From an uncultured Chloroflexia bacterium (GTDB lineage: Bacteria; Chloroflexota; Dehalococcoidia; Dehalococcoidales; RBG-16-60-22): a DNA stretch of 64,000 nucleotides. Each line of letters begins with the position of its first letter. The first letter of the stretch is position 1. This document shows, in pieces, positions 29,273-38,749 of this stretch. The stretch covers positions 1,386,930 through 1,450,929 of the forward strand of contig CAVUAE010000001.1 of assembly GCA_963739395.1 (NCBI GenBank). Reading direction: 5' to 3'. The notes beneath the pieces were generated by a model. That model was not told the origin of the DNA. It was given only the letters and a program-made list of their open reading frames with translations, and made no database searches. A program made the position numbers and the translations under genes.

Positions 29273-30121
29273 TCAAACGGTCTTTAATTTTCGCCGGAGA
29301 GCTATCAGTAATATGCCTGGTCCCGTGTGGACTCCCAGCGCCGGTCCCAGCTGGGCTAGCTTTATCTGGGCTTCATCAAATATAGCACCCAGGCGTCTGA
29401 CCAGGGCTTGTCCTTCTTCCAGTGTAGTGTTATACACCACCGCTAAATCCTGGATTTCCGGCGTATTTTTCACATAGTCGAACAGGATGTCGATGCCCTT
29501 GACGCGACTGCGCACCCGGCCGGTCGGCGCCAGTACCCCGTCTTTAACGGTCAGCATCGGCTTCACATTCAATAACGAGCCTAATAGCGCCTGCATTTTG
29601 CCGATACGCCCGCCCAGCGCCAGGTATTTGAGTGTATCGAGGAGTCCCAGTATATGGATGCTGGGAATCATTTGCCTTACTTCTTTGGCAATCTGTTGCA
29701 GACTCCTGCCGGACTGCGCCATCTCATTGGCGGCGAGAACCAGTAACCCTAGGCCCATCGTCACTACCTGTGAGTCGATTATCTCGATGGGACATATATT
29801 GCCTACCGCTTTCTTGCCGAGTAACGCCGAGTTATAGGTGCCGCTTAGCTTACTGGTTACATGAATCGAAAGAATCCCGTCGGCGCTTTTAGCCAGCTCC
29901 TGGTAGACGTTAATAAAATCCTGCGGCGACGGCGCCGAAGTGCTGGGATGTATGGGACCGTTAATCAGCCGGCGGTAAAATTCATCCTGGCTGATGTCCA
30001 CCACGTCGCGGAAGACCTCATCTCCAAAACGCAGATAGACCGGCACCACGGTAATACCGAGCGCCTTAGCTAACTGCGGTGGAATATCGGCACAGCTATC
30101 GGTAACGATTTTTATGGTCAT
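29273..30121 (-). CDS. DegV/FakB fatty-acid-binding protein
   Basis: IVTDSCAD, STSAPS, SKLSGTYNSA, L..GGRIG, GVHTGPG. Start moved to MTIKIVTDS. Confidence 0.93.
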   Translation of the reverse strand: MTIKIVTDSCADIPPQLAKALGITVVPVYLRFGDEVFRDVVDISQDEFYRRLINGPIHPSTSAPSPQDFINVYQELAKSADGILSIHVTSKLSGTYNSALLGKKAVGNICPIEIIDSQVVTMGLGLLVLAANEMAQSGRSLQQIAKEVRQMIPSIHILGLLDTLKYLALGGRIGKMQALLGSLLNVKPMLTVKDGVLAPTGRVRSRVKGIDILFDYVKNTPEIQDLAVVYNTTLEEGQALVRRLGAIFDEAQIKLAQLGPALGVHTGPGILLIALRRKLKTV

Positions 30122-30311
30122 GTCAGAAAACTCCCATCGAAAATTAGATTTGATGCGAATCGTAGATGCTACAGTATAACAAAAAAACTGGCGGGTGTAA
30201 ATTAGGTTTAACAAGCGTGAGGAAAAGGATAAGAAGAAGAGGAGGTATTGGATTGCTAGTGAATGCATTCCTGCATAAAGACATTCTTGTGAAAATGACT
30301 TCAATGTACAA

Positions 30312-30788
30312 TTACACAGATGATTTTAAATTTGGTTTAATGTATTTTTCTATTAATTTTGATAAATAATCACAATTGTTTTTTGCTGCTTTAAAATGTG
30401 ATGTAAATTGTTCAAAAATTACTTCAACGTTCATTCTTGATTTGTCTGTAGCCTTATTTAAATCGTAATCCTGCGTTTGAACTGCAAAATACTCTACACG
30501 ATTAGTGATGAACGTAATGCTATAATCAATTTTACTCAAAAAATTCCGGGCACTTAATCCGTAATTTTTCGAGTTGAAGTCTAAATCAGTATATTCTCTT
30601 GTCCCATCTTCCTTAATATAGTCTTCAATAAATATATCCTCAATTTTTTCTGGACAGATATTACTACATAATTCGTACAGTAGATATATTCTTTCTAACA
30701 TAACCTCGGTATTTAACCCTAACTCTCTTAAATACGGAAGGAATTTCATGAAATCTTCATTATCATATTTTAGCTTTGGCATTTTCAT
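30312..30788 (-). CDS. Hypothetical protein, AT-rich, coupled to the upstream RelA/SpoT-like gene
   Basis: 158-aa ORF overlapping 30763-31575. Confidence 0.7.
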   Translation of the reverse strand: MKMPKLKYDNEDFMKFLPYLRELGLNTEVMLERIYLLYELCSNICPEKIEDIFIEDYIKEDGTREYTDLDFNSKNYGLSARNFLSKIDYSITFITNRVEYFAVQTQDYDLNKATDKSRMNVEVIFEQFTSHFKAAKNNCDYLSKLIEKYIKPNLKSSV

Positions 30789-31575
30789 TCTCCTTTTCTC
30801 TAATATCTACAATCATACCTTCCACATAATGTAAAATATGACCTAAGTAATTAGTAGCAAATTCATCACTCCTATAGTCCCATTGCCATGACTTCTCTGT
30901 TCTATCTACTATCTTGATTCTTCTTTCTTCGTAATATTTATGTAACAATTTTCTTATTACTTCCTGTAATTGTGTGGTTATCTGAATTTCGATATCGGTA
31001 TCAACTCTGTAGGTATCCCAGTCTATTTTCGGAATTTCAAAATTATCTCTTGTATATAAGTGTACTGCATAATAACCTACTTCTCTAGCTTCAAAATAAC
31101 AACTAAAATCCTTGTTATTTCCTTCACATAATAATTTTATCTTTTGTACTAAAAAATCAACACCGTCGAGATATTTAACTACCAATGTTGTTCTTAAAAT
31201 ATCATTTATATATAAGTACCAATTTTCTGGAAGAATCCATCCTGTGATTGGTGGGTTTGGATAGTTTTCATTCTCTATTATATTTTTTCTATATGTTTTT
31301 TCAATGATAGATTTAAATGGTTTTGTTGATATTTCGGGAGTATTCATATCTTGAAACAAATGATATTGTTTATCTATTAGGTATTCGTCATTATATTCAC
31401 TAATATTTTTAACCAGTTGTTTCCAAAAATCCGAGATAATGAATTGTTGCTTCATTTTTTCTGTGACAGATTCGTAATGGTTCTTGATTTTATCAGATAA
31501 ATCAATTTTATGGTTTTCTTTTAACCATTTTTTGTATTCAGTTATATCCTTTGGTTTTTCTTCCACAACATTCAC
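30763..31575 (-). CDS. RelA/SpoT-like nucleotidyltransferase (small alarmone synthetase-like), divergent
   Basis: KPFKSIIEKTYRK, INDILRT, GYYAVHLY and IEIQITTQLQ echo the synthetase motifs K...S...K, D..G.R, GY.S.H and E.QIRT. Confidence 0.7.
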   Translation of the reverse strand: MNVVEEKPKDITEYKKWLKENHKIDLSDKIKNHYESVTEKMKQQFIISDFWKQLVKNISEYNDEYLIDKQYHLFQDMNTPEISTKPFKSIIEKTYRKNIIENENYPNPPITGWILPENWYLYINDILRTTLVVKYLDGVDFLVQKIKLLCEGNNKDFSCYFEAREVGYYAVHLYTRDNFEIPKIDWDTYRVDTDIEIQITTQLQEVIRKLLHKYYEERRIKIVDRTEKSWQWDYRSDEFATNYLGHILHYVEGMIVDIREKENENAKAKI

Positions 31576-31667
31576 CTATTAATACCAAATTCACCAAAGG
31601 TAAATAGCATTCCGTCTAGCTAGATTATCAAAGTGGATTATAAACCTTTAATCCGACTATATCAAGA

Positions 31668-31817
31668 TTATTTCCTCCTCTTCTCCACCGCATCCCGGTA
31701 TATCTTCGCCAAGCCCTTGCTGTGCTGCTTTATCTTCTGCTTCTTTTTACGCAGCTTTTCCTCGCGTTTATCCTGGCGGGTAGGCTCGCTATCGTTTACG
31801 GGTAAACTGCTGTCCAT
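31668..31817 (-). CDS. Unannotated 49-aa basic protein overlapping the uvrB end
   Basis: Read by hand: [57 protein letters not shown]. Confidence 0.5.
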   Translation of the reverse strand: MDSSLPVNDSEPTRQDKREEKLRKKKQKIKQHSKGLAKIYRDAVEKRRK

Positions 31818-33798
31818 CTTCAATCACCATTTCCTTGCGCAGTTCAACGATTCTGTCTCTTATAAGCGCCGCCTTCTCAAACTCTAAGGCTTTAGCGGCT
31901 TGTTTCATCTCTGTCTCCAGGTCTCGCACCAGCCGCGCCATATCCTCGCGGGAGGCAGGCGTTCCGACAACGTACTCGCCTTTCTTTTCCGCCACCACCG
32001 CTATTTTCACGCGCTCCGTGATGTCCCTAATCGCCTTACGTATGCCCTGTGGCGTGATACCGTGCTCTTTATTAAAGTCCTCCTGTATCTTGCGCCGCCG
32101 CATTGTTTCGTCGATGGCTTCCCGCATGCTCTTTGTAATCTTGTCCGCGTACATAATCACGTGCCCGTCGATATGGCGCGCCGCCCGGCCCATCGTCTGG
32201 ATTAACGACCACCTCGACCTCAAGAAACCCTCTTTGTCCGCATCGAGGATGGCGACTAGACTCACCTCCGGCAGGTCGAGTCCCTCCCTCAACAGGTTGA
32301 TGCCGACCACGACGTCATACACGCCCAGGCGCAGGTCTCTTAAGATTTCCACCCTCTCCAGCGTGTCCACGTCCGAATGCAGGTAATGCGTCTTGATGCC
32401 AGCTTCGACGAGGTAATCCGCCAGCTCCTCCGCCATACGCTTGGTAAGCGTGGTCACGAGGCAGCGGTTACCTTTATCTACCCGACTCCTTATTTGCTCC
32501 AGCAGGTCGTCGATTTGACCCTTGGTTGGTTTGATTTCAATGGTTGGCTCCAGCAGACCGGTGGGACGCACTAGCTGCTCTACCACCTGCTGACTATGCG
32601 TATATTCGAACTCCGCCGGCGTCGCCGAAGTATAAATCACCTGGTTGACGCAAGCCTGAAACTCCTCGAAGTTAAGCGGGCGGTTATCCAGGGCGGAGGG
32701 GAGACGGAATCCGTAGTCCACTAGCGTTGTTTTTCTTGAGAGGTCGCCGCGGTACATGCTTCTTACCTGCGGTAGGGTCATGTGCGATTCGTCGATGAAA
32801 AGCAGGAAATCCTTGGGGAAATAGTCCAGCAATGTTGACGGCGAACTGCCCGGTGGCCGACCCGACAAATGCCTCGAGTAGTTCTCGATACCGGAGCAGT
32901 ACCCAGCCTCAACCATCATTTCCAGGTCGTACTCGGTGCGGGCTTGGAGTCGCGCCGCCTCGACGATTTTGCCCTGCGCGTTCAGCTCTTTAAGCCGCTC
33001 CACCAGCTCCACGCGTATTGTCTCGATGGCTTTAGTCATCATCTCGCGGGAGGTGACGAAGTGCTTGGCGGGATAAATACTTACCTCGTCCATCTCTTTT
33101 AAGATTTCTCCGGTCAGCGGGTCGAGGGACATGATTTTCTCGATGTCGTCGCCGAAGAATTCGATGCGCAGCGCTAGCTCCTCGTAAGCGGGCTGAATCT
33201 CAAGAGTATCGCCACGGATACGGAACTTGCCGCGGGATAAATCCATCTCGTTGCGACCGTACTGCATATCCACGAGCTGACGCAAAAGCTGCTGCCGACC
33301 ATAATGCTGTCCCTTCTTAAGCGTGGCGACGAAGCCTTGATACTCGCCCGGTTCGCCGAGACCGTAGATGCAGGAGACCGACGCCACGATGAGAACGTCC
33401 CGCCGTGAAAGGAGGGCGTGGGTGGCGGCATGACGCAGCTTATCGATTTCCTCATTGATGTCGGAGTCCTTTTCGATATAGAGGTCTTTTTGCGGGATGT
33501 ATGCCTCCGGCTGGTAGTAGTCGTAATAGCTTACGAAGTACTCCACAGCGTTTTCCGGGAAAAACTCTTTGAACTCGCTGGCAAGCTGCGCCGCGAGGGT
33601 TTTGTTATGGCAGATGACCAGCGTGGGACGCTGCACCTTCTCGATAACGTTCGCCATGGTGAAGGTCTTGCCGCTGCCGGTCACACCGAGGAGGGTTTGG
33701 TGCTTAAAGCCCTTGCCCAGCCCCTCCACCAGTTTATCCACCGCCTGGGGCTGGTCTCCGGTCATCTTGAAGTCGGATACAATCTTAAATTCTGGCAC
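31789..33798 (-). CDS. uvrB: Excinuclease ABC subunit B
   Basis: [34 protein letters not shown]-terminal UVR domain. Confidence 0.98.
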   Translation of the reverse strand: MPEFKIVSDFKMTGDQPQAVDKLVEGLGKGFKHQTLLGVTGSGKTFTMANVIEKVQRPTLVICHNKTLAAQLASEFKEFFPENAVEYFVSYYDYYQPEAYIPQKDLYIEKDSDINEEIDKLRHAATHALLSRRDVLIVASVSCIYGLGEPGEYQGFVATLKKGQHYGRQQLLRQLVDMQYGRNEMDLSRGKFRIRGDTLEIQPAYEELALRIEFFGDDIEKIMSLDPLTGEILKEMDEVSIYPAKHFVTSREMMTKAIETIRVELVERLKELNAQGKIVEAARLQARTEYDLEMMVEAGYCSGIENYSRHLSGRPPGSSPSTLLDYFPKDFLLFIDESHMTLPQVRSMYRGDLSRKTTLVDYGFRLPSALDNRPLNFEEFQACVNQVIYTSATPAEFEYTHSQQVVEQLVRPTGLLEPTIEIKPTKGQIDDLLEQIRSRVDKGNRCLVTTLTKRMAEELADYLVEAGIKTHYLHSDVDTLERVEILRDLRLGVYDVVVGINLLREGLDLPEVSLVAILDADKEGFLRSRWSLIQTMGRAARHIDGHVIMYADKITKSMREAIDETMRRRKIQEDFNKEHGITPQGIRKAIRDITERVKIAVVAEKKGEYVVGTPASREDMARLVRDLETEMKQAAKALEFEKAALIRDRIVELRKEMVIEDGQQFTRKR

Positions 33799-33804
33799 GA
33801 CTAT

Positions 33805-33823
33805 ATTATAGCACAGGAGTTCT
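33805..33823 (-). promoter_or_regulatory. LexA box (1 mismatch) abutting the -10 of a leaderless uvrB promoter
   Basis: Minus strand AGAAC-TCCT-GTGCT overlaps TATAAT, 6 nt before the GTG start. Confidence 0.65.
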
Positions 33824-33839
33824 AAAGTAAGAAGTATAG

Positions 33840-33967
33840 GTCATTCTGAGGGAGCGACTTGCCAACTGCCCAAGGTTTCGGCTGGCGATAGCGACCGAAG
33901 AATCTCGTAATGGGGCGTCAATCACCTGCCTTCTCCTACGAGACCCTTCGCTTCGCTCAGGGTGACA
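33840..33967. repeat. Family-A doublet with an internal insertion flanked by GCGA
   Basis: GTCATTCTGAGGGAGCGA[CTTGCC...GCTGGCGA]TAGCGACCGAAGAATCTCGTA ... TACGAGACCCTTCGCTTCGCTCAGGGTGACA. Confidence 0.85.
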
Positions 33968-34072
33968 GACCAAAAACGAGGGGCGGCGCCTTGCCAGGGT
34001 TACCTCATTTTTAATTTTAGGTCCTGGAGTTTGCGCCGTCCCTCTACGCTAAGGAGACAGTTATTAAATTGA

Positions 34073-34318
34073 CTATTTCATACTATCGAGTTCGTGCCAG
34101 AGTTTAGCCGCTTCGAGGTCGTCTTTAGATGTCGCCAGCATGCGGTAAACATTGCGGAACTGCCAGTCGTTTTTTACCTTGCCATCTGCCACTATCTTAC
34201 GTGCCTGGATGACTGCCCAGCGAGTTTGCAGGGGCTTAAGGATGTGCACGCTGAAAGCGATTACTGCCCAGAGGCAAAACAGCACGAAGATAGCAAAGAG
34301 CAGATAAGTTGACGACAT
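34073..34318 (-). CDS. Small membrane-anchored hypothetical protein
   Basis: N-terminal TM; GGGGGA RBS. Confidence 0.65.
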   Translation of the reverse strand: MSSTYLLFAIFVLFCLWAVIAFSVHILKPLQTRWAVIQARKIVADGKVKNDWQFRNVYRMLATSKDDLEAAKLWHELDSMK

Positions 34319-34522
34319 CTAATCCCCCGATGCGAGTATATTCTAATTAAAGTATATCGGCGGGGGGTTAAGGGGACAATGGGGTTAACACGTATTTTAG
34401 TAAGGGTTACTTTCTATGCCAAACTATATCAAGATGTGTCATGGTGTTGCGGTGTAACGGACTGAAATTAATAAGATGTTTGTATTTATATAAATTTTAT
34501 AAGAAAAGTCATATATTATTCA

Positions 34523-34636
34523 AAATCCTCCTTAGTCCCCCTTTTTCAAAGGGGGACAAACGTGAGGTTTGAGATGATGATTGAAAAAGTAAAATGACAT
34601 CGTCTCCCTTTCGTAAAGGGAGATGGAGAAGGATTT
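34523..34636. repeat. Inverted doublet of CCCCCTTT-N-AAAGGGGG hairpins (family F)
   Basis: AAATCCTCCTTAGTCCCCCTTTTTCAAAGGGGGAC ... TCTCCCTTTCGTAAAGGGAGATGGAGAAGGATTT. Confidence 0.7.
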
Positions 34637-34718
34637 TATCACCCCCGCCCCTTTACCCCCCAAAGAGCAGGAGGTAGAGGGAAGGTTGCTTTATGTTTAT
34701 TATGAAGGAACATAGAAA

Positions 34719-35492
34719 TCAAGTTTGTTTAGATTTCAATGATTTTACCTTTTGTATAGTCATATAAGCAAGCTTATGAACACCAATTTTTCTTATATCT
34801 AAATAACCAATAGTTGCAGGAATACCTGGTATTTCTGTGTCATCTAATTTAACTGGAAGAATATATTCTCTATTTTCTTGAATCGCACGTGCTTGAGCTG
34901 ATTTACGTTCATGATTTGTCCACACTTTTTGGGCATAATATTTTGAGATAAAAATCACACAAAATAACGCCTTTTTTCTATATACATCATCAAGTTTTTC
35001 ATAGAGGTCTTTTCCCCACGAATCAACCTGTTCATACTCATCATAAAAAACTGATATTCTTCTTGGAGAAAGTGTATCTACATATTGCTTAACAATATCT
35101 CTATCTTCGCCAGCAAATGATACGGCGATATCATACTCATACTTAGGAAGTCTTGGTGTTTGAGGAAAAGAAGCTTCATTTATATGTGTCTCTGTTGTAT
35201 TAATGATTGGTTTTTTTAAAAGACCAGTTCCCTTACAAGCAGGGCAAACATCGTCAATATTCATTGTATCTAAATGAGTGGTACCTTTACCTTGACAATA
35301 TTTACATTTGATTAGCCCGGCTGACATTTTCTCAATATAAAATTTCCCAGCTCCTTTACAGGCAGGACATACATCTCCAGCTTCACCCTTTAGTACTTTA
35401 AGTACATTAAGTCCGGGAAAATGCCCAGTACCTTTACAAACTTTGCATTTATACATTTTATATGGTTTATATGGTTTAGGTGACATATTCAC
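34719..35492 (-). CDS. DnaJ-type zinc finger (4x CxxCxGxG) fused to a TIR domain
   Basis: CKVCKGTG, CPACKGAG, CKYCQGKG, CPACKGTG; TIR motifs YDIAVSFAGEDR, VFYD, FISKYY..KVWTNHE, ILPVKLD; AT-rich. Confidence 0.88.
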   Translation of the reverse strand: MNMSPKPYKPYKMYKCKVCKGTGHFPGLNVLKVLKGEAGDVCPACKGAGKFYIEKMSAGLIKCKYCQGKGTTHLDTMNIDDVCPACKGTGLLKKPIINTTETHINEASFPQTPRLPKYEYDIAVSFAGEDRDIVKQYVDTLSPRRISVFYDEYEQVDSWGKDLYEKLDDVYRKKALFCVIFISKYYAQKVWTNHERKSAQARAIQENREYILPVKLDDTEIPGIPATIGYLDIRKIGVHKLAYMTIQKVKSLKSKQT

Positions 35493-35929
35493 ATCTCCAT
35501 CAAACTAAACCCGCTCTTTTTATCCGGCAGGCGCTTAACACTAGCCCCCAGTATCTCGTAAATAAGCGCCTCCCCCACCAGCCAGGTCTTAACGCCCGGG
35601 CGCAGACAGCCGGTCAAAGTCTTGCCCCCTCGCCCCAGAGAAGCATGGATATGCAAAACGGGCTTGCCGTCTTTATCCGGCGCGATAATGCCTAAACCCT
35701 CAACCTCATGCGCGCCGTCCACAGGGAGGAGGACGGGTTCAGGAGGCATTTCATCTGACTTACGCGGTCCCACGACCACCTGACCTCCCCCAATTCCCCC
35801 GATTAAGATGACATGCCCCACCTTTATCGCATTTTTGGCGGCAAATTTCTCGATACAAGCCGGCACGATATCGCCGTCCTCAAGTCTTAAGACAAATACC
35901 CGCCCGATTTTACCTTCCGATGATTTCAT
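35489..35929 (-). CDS. PPC/DUF296 DNA-binding domain protein
   Basis: GRVFVLRLEDGD, IGGI, HIHASLG, TGCL. Confidence 0.88.
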   Translation of the reverse strand: MKSSEGKIGRVFVLRLEDGDIVPACIEKFAAKNAIKVGHVILIGGIGGGQVVVGPRKSDEMPPEPVLLPVDGAHEVEGLGIIAPDKDGKPVLHIHASLGRGGKTLTGCLRPGVKTWLVGEALIYEILGASVKRLPDKKSGFSLMEM

Positions 35930-35948
35930 GAGACTCCTTATTACGTTT

Positions 35949-36045
35949 TGTCATTCCAGCGAAAGCTGGAATCCAGGCGTGGCAAAGGGGGTATGGATTC
36001 TGGCCTTCGGGCTGAACTCTGGCTGAAGCCTACGCCAGAATGACA
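35949..36045. repeat. Family-A doublet with a nested TGAA-type insertion
   Basis: TGTCATTCCAGCGAAAGCTGGAATCCAG ... TGGATTCTGGCCTTCG[GGCTGAACTCTGGCTGAAGCCTACG]CCAGAATGACA. Confidence 0.85.
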
Positions 36046-36057
36046 GGGTAACGAAGG

Positions 36058-36642
36058 TTACTTACTTCCCAGGAACTGTAAAGCCAGCTTCACCTTTTCT
36101 TCCAGCTTAAGCTTCGCGTCGGTGGGTAAAGACGCTACGGCTTTTACTGCCTCGCCGGCGGAGTAGCCTAGAGTCGTTAGCGCCGCCAGCACGTCTGCGT
36201 TTTCCTGCGTCACCTGTGTGGCTGGCGAGATGACCCACCCCGCGCCGATTTTCTCCTTAAGCTCCAGGATAATGCGGCTCGCCACTTTCTTGCCGATGCC
36301 GGGTATCATGTCCAGCATGTCGGCGCTGCCGGTGGCGATAGCCATCGTTATCTGCTCGGGGGTAAGGGCGGAGAGCATTGCTAAAGATAGCTTAGGACCT
36401 AATCCTGTCACGCCCAGCAGCGTCTCAAAAAGCCAGAGTTCCTCGCTGGTAGGGAAGCCGTAAAGCGCGATGTTGTCCTCGCGTACGTGCATATGTGTAT
36501 AGACTTTCACCATATCGCCCGTCTTGCCGATAGTGGCTAAGGCGGAGGTGGGCATAAAGACCTTAAACCCCACACCCCCCACGTTGATAATCGCCGCGTC
36601 GCTGGTTAAATTCTCTAGTTTGCCGTCCAAACTGGCTATCAT
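36058..36642 (-). CDS. ruvA: Holliday junction branch migration protein RuvA
   Basis: MIASLDG, HVRED...LYGF, GLGPK, IPGIGKK.A.RI.LEL. Confidence 0.96.
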   Translation of the reverse strand: MIASLDGKLENLTSDAAIINVGGVGFKVFMPTSALATIGKTGDMVKVYTHMHVREDNIALYGFPTSEELWLFETLLGVTGLGPKLSLAMLSALTPEQITMAIATGSADMLDMIPGIGKKVASRIILELKEKIGAGWVISPATQVTQENADVLAALTTLGYSAGEAVKAVASLPTDAKLKLEEKVKLALQFLGSK

Positions 36643-36651
36643 TATCGCTCT

Positions 36652-36682
36652 CCCTTCAGGGTGAACCTTCAGGATGAACCCT
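36652..36682. repeat. 27-bp family-C micro-insertion with CCCT duplication; supplies the ruvC stop
   Basis: CCCT-TCAGGGTGAA-CCT-TCAGGATGAA-CCCT; near-identical copy at 53745. Confidence 0.8.
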
Positions 36683-37172
36683 GTTTCGTCAGTAGGTTAT
36701 TTATGTGTATTTCCTGCGCGTGGCAGATAGCTACCGCTAAAGCATCCGCGGCGTCATTGGGCTGGGGTACTTCCGTTAGATTGAGCTGAAGACGCACCAT
36801 TTCCTGGATTTGCTCTTTGCTGCTGGCGCCGTAGTTGGCGACCCGCTGCTTGACCTGGGCGGGGGTGTATTCGAAGGTGGGGATGCCTTTACTGGCGGCG
36901 GCGAGTAAGGCGATTGCCTGCGCGCGACCGATAGCCAGCGCCGTTCTCACGTTCTTGGCGACGAATGGCTGTTCCACGGCGACGACATCAGGCTTATGAA
37001 ATTGGACAACTTTGAGGAGTTCGATATAAAGGCGATTAAGTCTTTCGCCCATGGGGGATTTTTCAGAGACGGTTATGGCACCGAAATCGACCAGGGTAAG
37101 TTCAGCATCCTCGCACTCTATAATACCGTAGCCCATCACCACCGTGCCTGGGTCGATTCCTAAAATTTTCAT
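36669..37172 (-). CDS. ruvC: Holliday junction resolvase RuvC
   Basis: ILGIDPG, AVEQPF, YTPAQVK, DAADALAVAICH. Confidence 0.96.
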   Translation of the reverse strand: MKILGIDPGTVVMGYGIIECEDAELTLVDFGAITVSEKSPMGERLNRLYIELLKVVQFHKPDVVAVEQPFVAKNVRTALAIGRAQAIALLAAASKGIPTFEYTPAQVKQRVANYGASSKEQIQEMVRLQLNLTEVPQPNDAADALAVAICHAQEIHINNLLTKQGSS

Positions 37173-37186
37173 TTCATGTTCTTAAA

Positions 37187-37942
37187 TTATGAGGCGGACT
37201 GTATGGTAGATAGGAGCGAATCGGGGATATCGGCGTTGCTGTAAACGTTTTGCACGTCGTCGATTTCCTCCAGCTTCTCTAATAACTTCATCGTCTGCGT
37301 AGCGCCCTTTTCATCGAGGGTGACTAGGGTTTCCGGCACCATTTGAAGTTCGCTGGACTCAACCTTCAGTTTTGCCGCTTCCAGCGCCGCCCGTACTTTT
37401 TCCAGAGTGTCTGGTCTGGTATAAACCTCCATAACCCCGCCTTCGACATTCACATCCTCCGCGCCGGCATCGATGGCGGCTAACTCCATGTCATCGGCAT
37501 TGGCTTTTTCAGCGTTGACGGTGATAACGCCGCGGGACTTGAACATCCAGGAGACACAGCCGTTTTCGCCTAACGCGCCGCCGTGCTTGGTAAAGGAACT
37601 TCGTACTTCTTGGACAGTACGGTTGTGGTTATCGGTGAGGGCGCTGACTAAAATGGCTACGCCAGAGGGACCATAACCTTCCAGGGTCATCTCGGTAAGA
37701 CTGCCGCCTTCAATATTACCGGTGCCTTTCATAATAGCCCGGTCGATGTTTTCCATGGGCATATTACTGTCGCGAGCTTTCTGGATGGCGAGACGCAGGC
37801 GGAAATTGGTGGCAGGGTCGCCGCCGCCTTCTTTAGCCGCGATGATGATTTCTCGTGTGAGTTTGGTAAAGAGGTTGCCTCTTTTGACGTCGTCAACACC
37901 TTTTTGGTGCTTTATTTTTGACCATTTAGAATGACCAGACAT
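37187..37942 (-). CDS. yebC: YebC/PmpR family protein
   Basis: MSGHSKW..IKH.K, EGYGP.G, TDN.NRT; AGGAGG RBS before 37942. Confidence 0.95.
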   Translation of the reverse strand: MSGHSKWSKIKHQKGVDDVKRGNLFTKLTREIIIAAKEGGGDPATNFRLRLAIQKARDSNMPMENIDRAIMKGTGNIEGGSLTEMTLEGYGPSGVAILVSALTDNHNRTVQEVRSSFTKHGGALGENGCVSWMFKSRGVITVNAEKANADDMELAAIDAGAEDVNVEGGVMEVYTRPDTLEKVRAALEAAKLKVESSELQMVPETLVTLDEKGATQTMKLLEKLEEIDDVQNVYSNADIPDSLLSTIQSAS

Positions 37943-38022
37943 AGTTTTGTTCCTCCTTGATTCCTCGAGTCCCCCAAGTGATAATTCTAGCATAAAAAGG
38001 CAAGCGGTCAAAGAGGCAAGGG

Positions 38023-38631
38023 TCAAATGAGTTTTTGTTTCAAGGCTTCTCTTAGTTGCTGGACATGCTTTTGGAATGCCGGTGATATTAATATGTCGGT
38101 GGACATGATGACGGCATCCTCGCGGTTATCCAGATAGTAGCCGCGGCGTAAGCCCATCTGCACAAAGCCGTATTTACCATAGAGATGCTGTGCCACAATA
38201 TTCGAAACTCTTACTTCCAGCGTCATAAAACTAGCTTTAAGTTCGGTAGCAAGGTCGATGGTGGCTAAAAGCAGCAGCTCACCGATGCCTTTGCCCCGAT
38301 ACGCCTGGCGTACCGCGAGATTGGTCACGTGGGCTTCACCAGCCATTAGCCAGATGCCGGAAAAACCCACGACATAGTGATGAGGGATTAGTAAAGGAAG
38401 GCGTTTTTGTCGCGGCAGCAGCCGGGAAAAGAACCTTAGTTTATTTCTTGGTGCAACCAATGGAGTATCGGTTGTTTTCGTGTCGTCATAAGCGACGAGG
38501 TAAAAAGCTATTTTATTTTGCAGTTCCTGCCGGTAATTGGCGGGCGGCCATTGGGAAGGGAAAGCTTCATGGTCGATTTCGTTTATCTGGTCGATATCTT
38601 CTTTAGTCATGGGGCGTATAGAATAGGTCAC
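38023..38631 (-). CDS. rimI: RimI-like N-acetyltransferase
   Basis: EAHVTNLAV...RGKGIG, TLEVRVSN..A..LY..YGF...G.R.GYY.DN.EDA. Confidence 0.88.
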   Translation of the reverse strand: MTYSIRPMTKEDIDQINEIDHEAFPSQWPPANYRQELQNKIAFYLVAYDDTKTTDTPLVAPRNKLRFFSRLLPRQKRLPLLIPHHYVVGFSGIWLMAGEAHVTNLAVRQAYRGKGIGELLLLATIDLATELKASFMTLEVRVSNIVAQHLYGKYGFVQMGLRRGYYLDNREDAVIMSTDILISPAFQKHVQQLREALKQKLI

Positions 38632-38749
38632 TACTGTATCTCCAGTTTAAAAGACTTATTTGTTGTGCCATTGTAGCATATTTTTAATAAGACGCAAACA
38701 CAATTTATTATTGGTTGCCAATGGTTTCTGGCTATGTCTATAATCAAGT

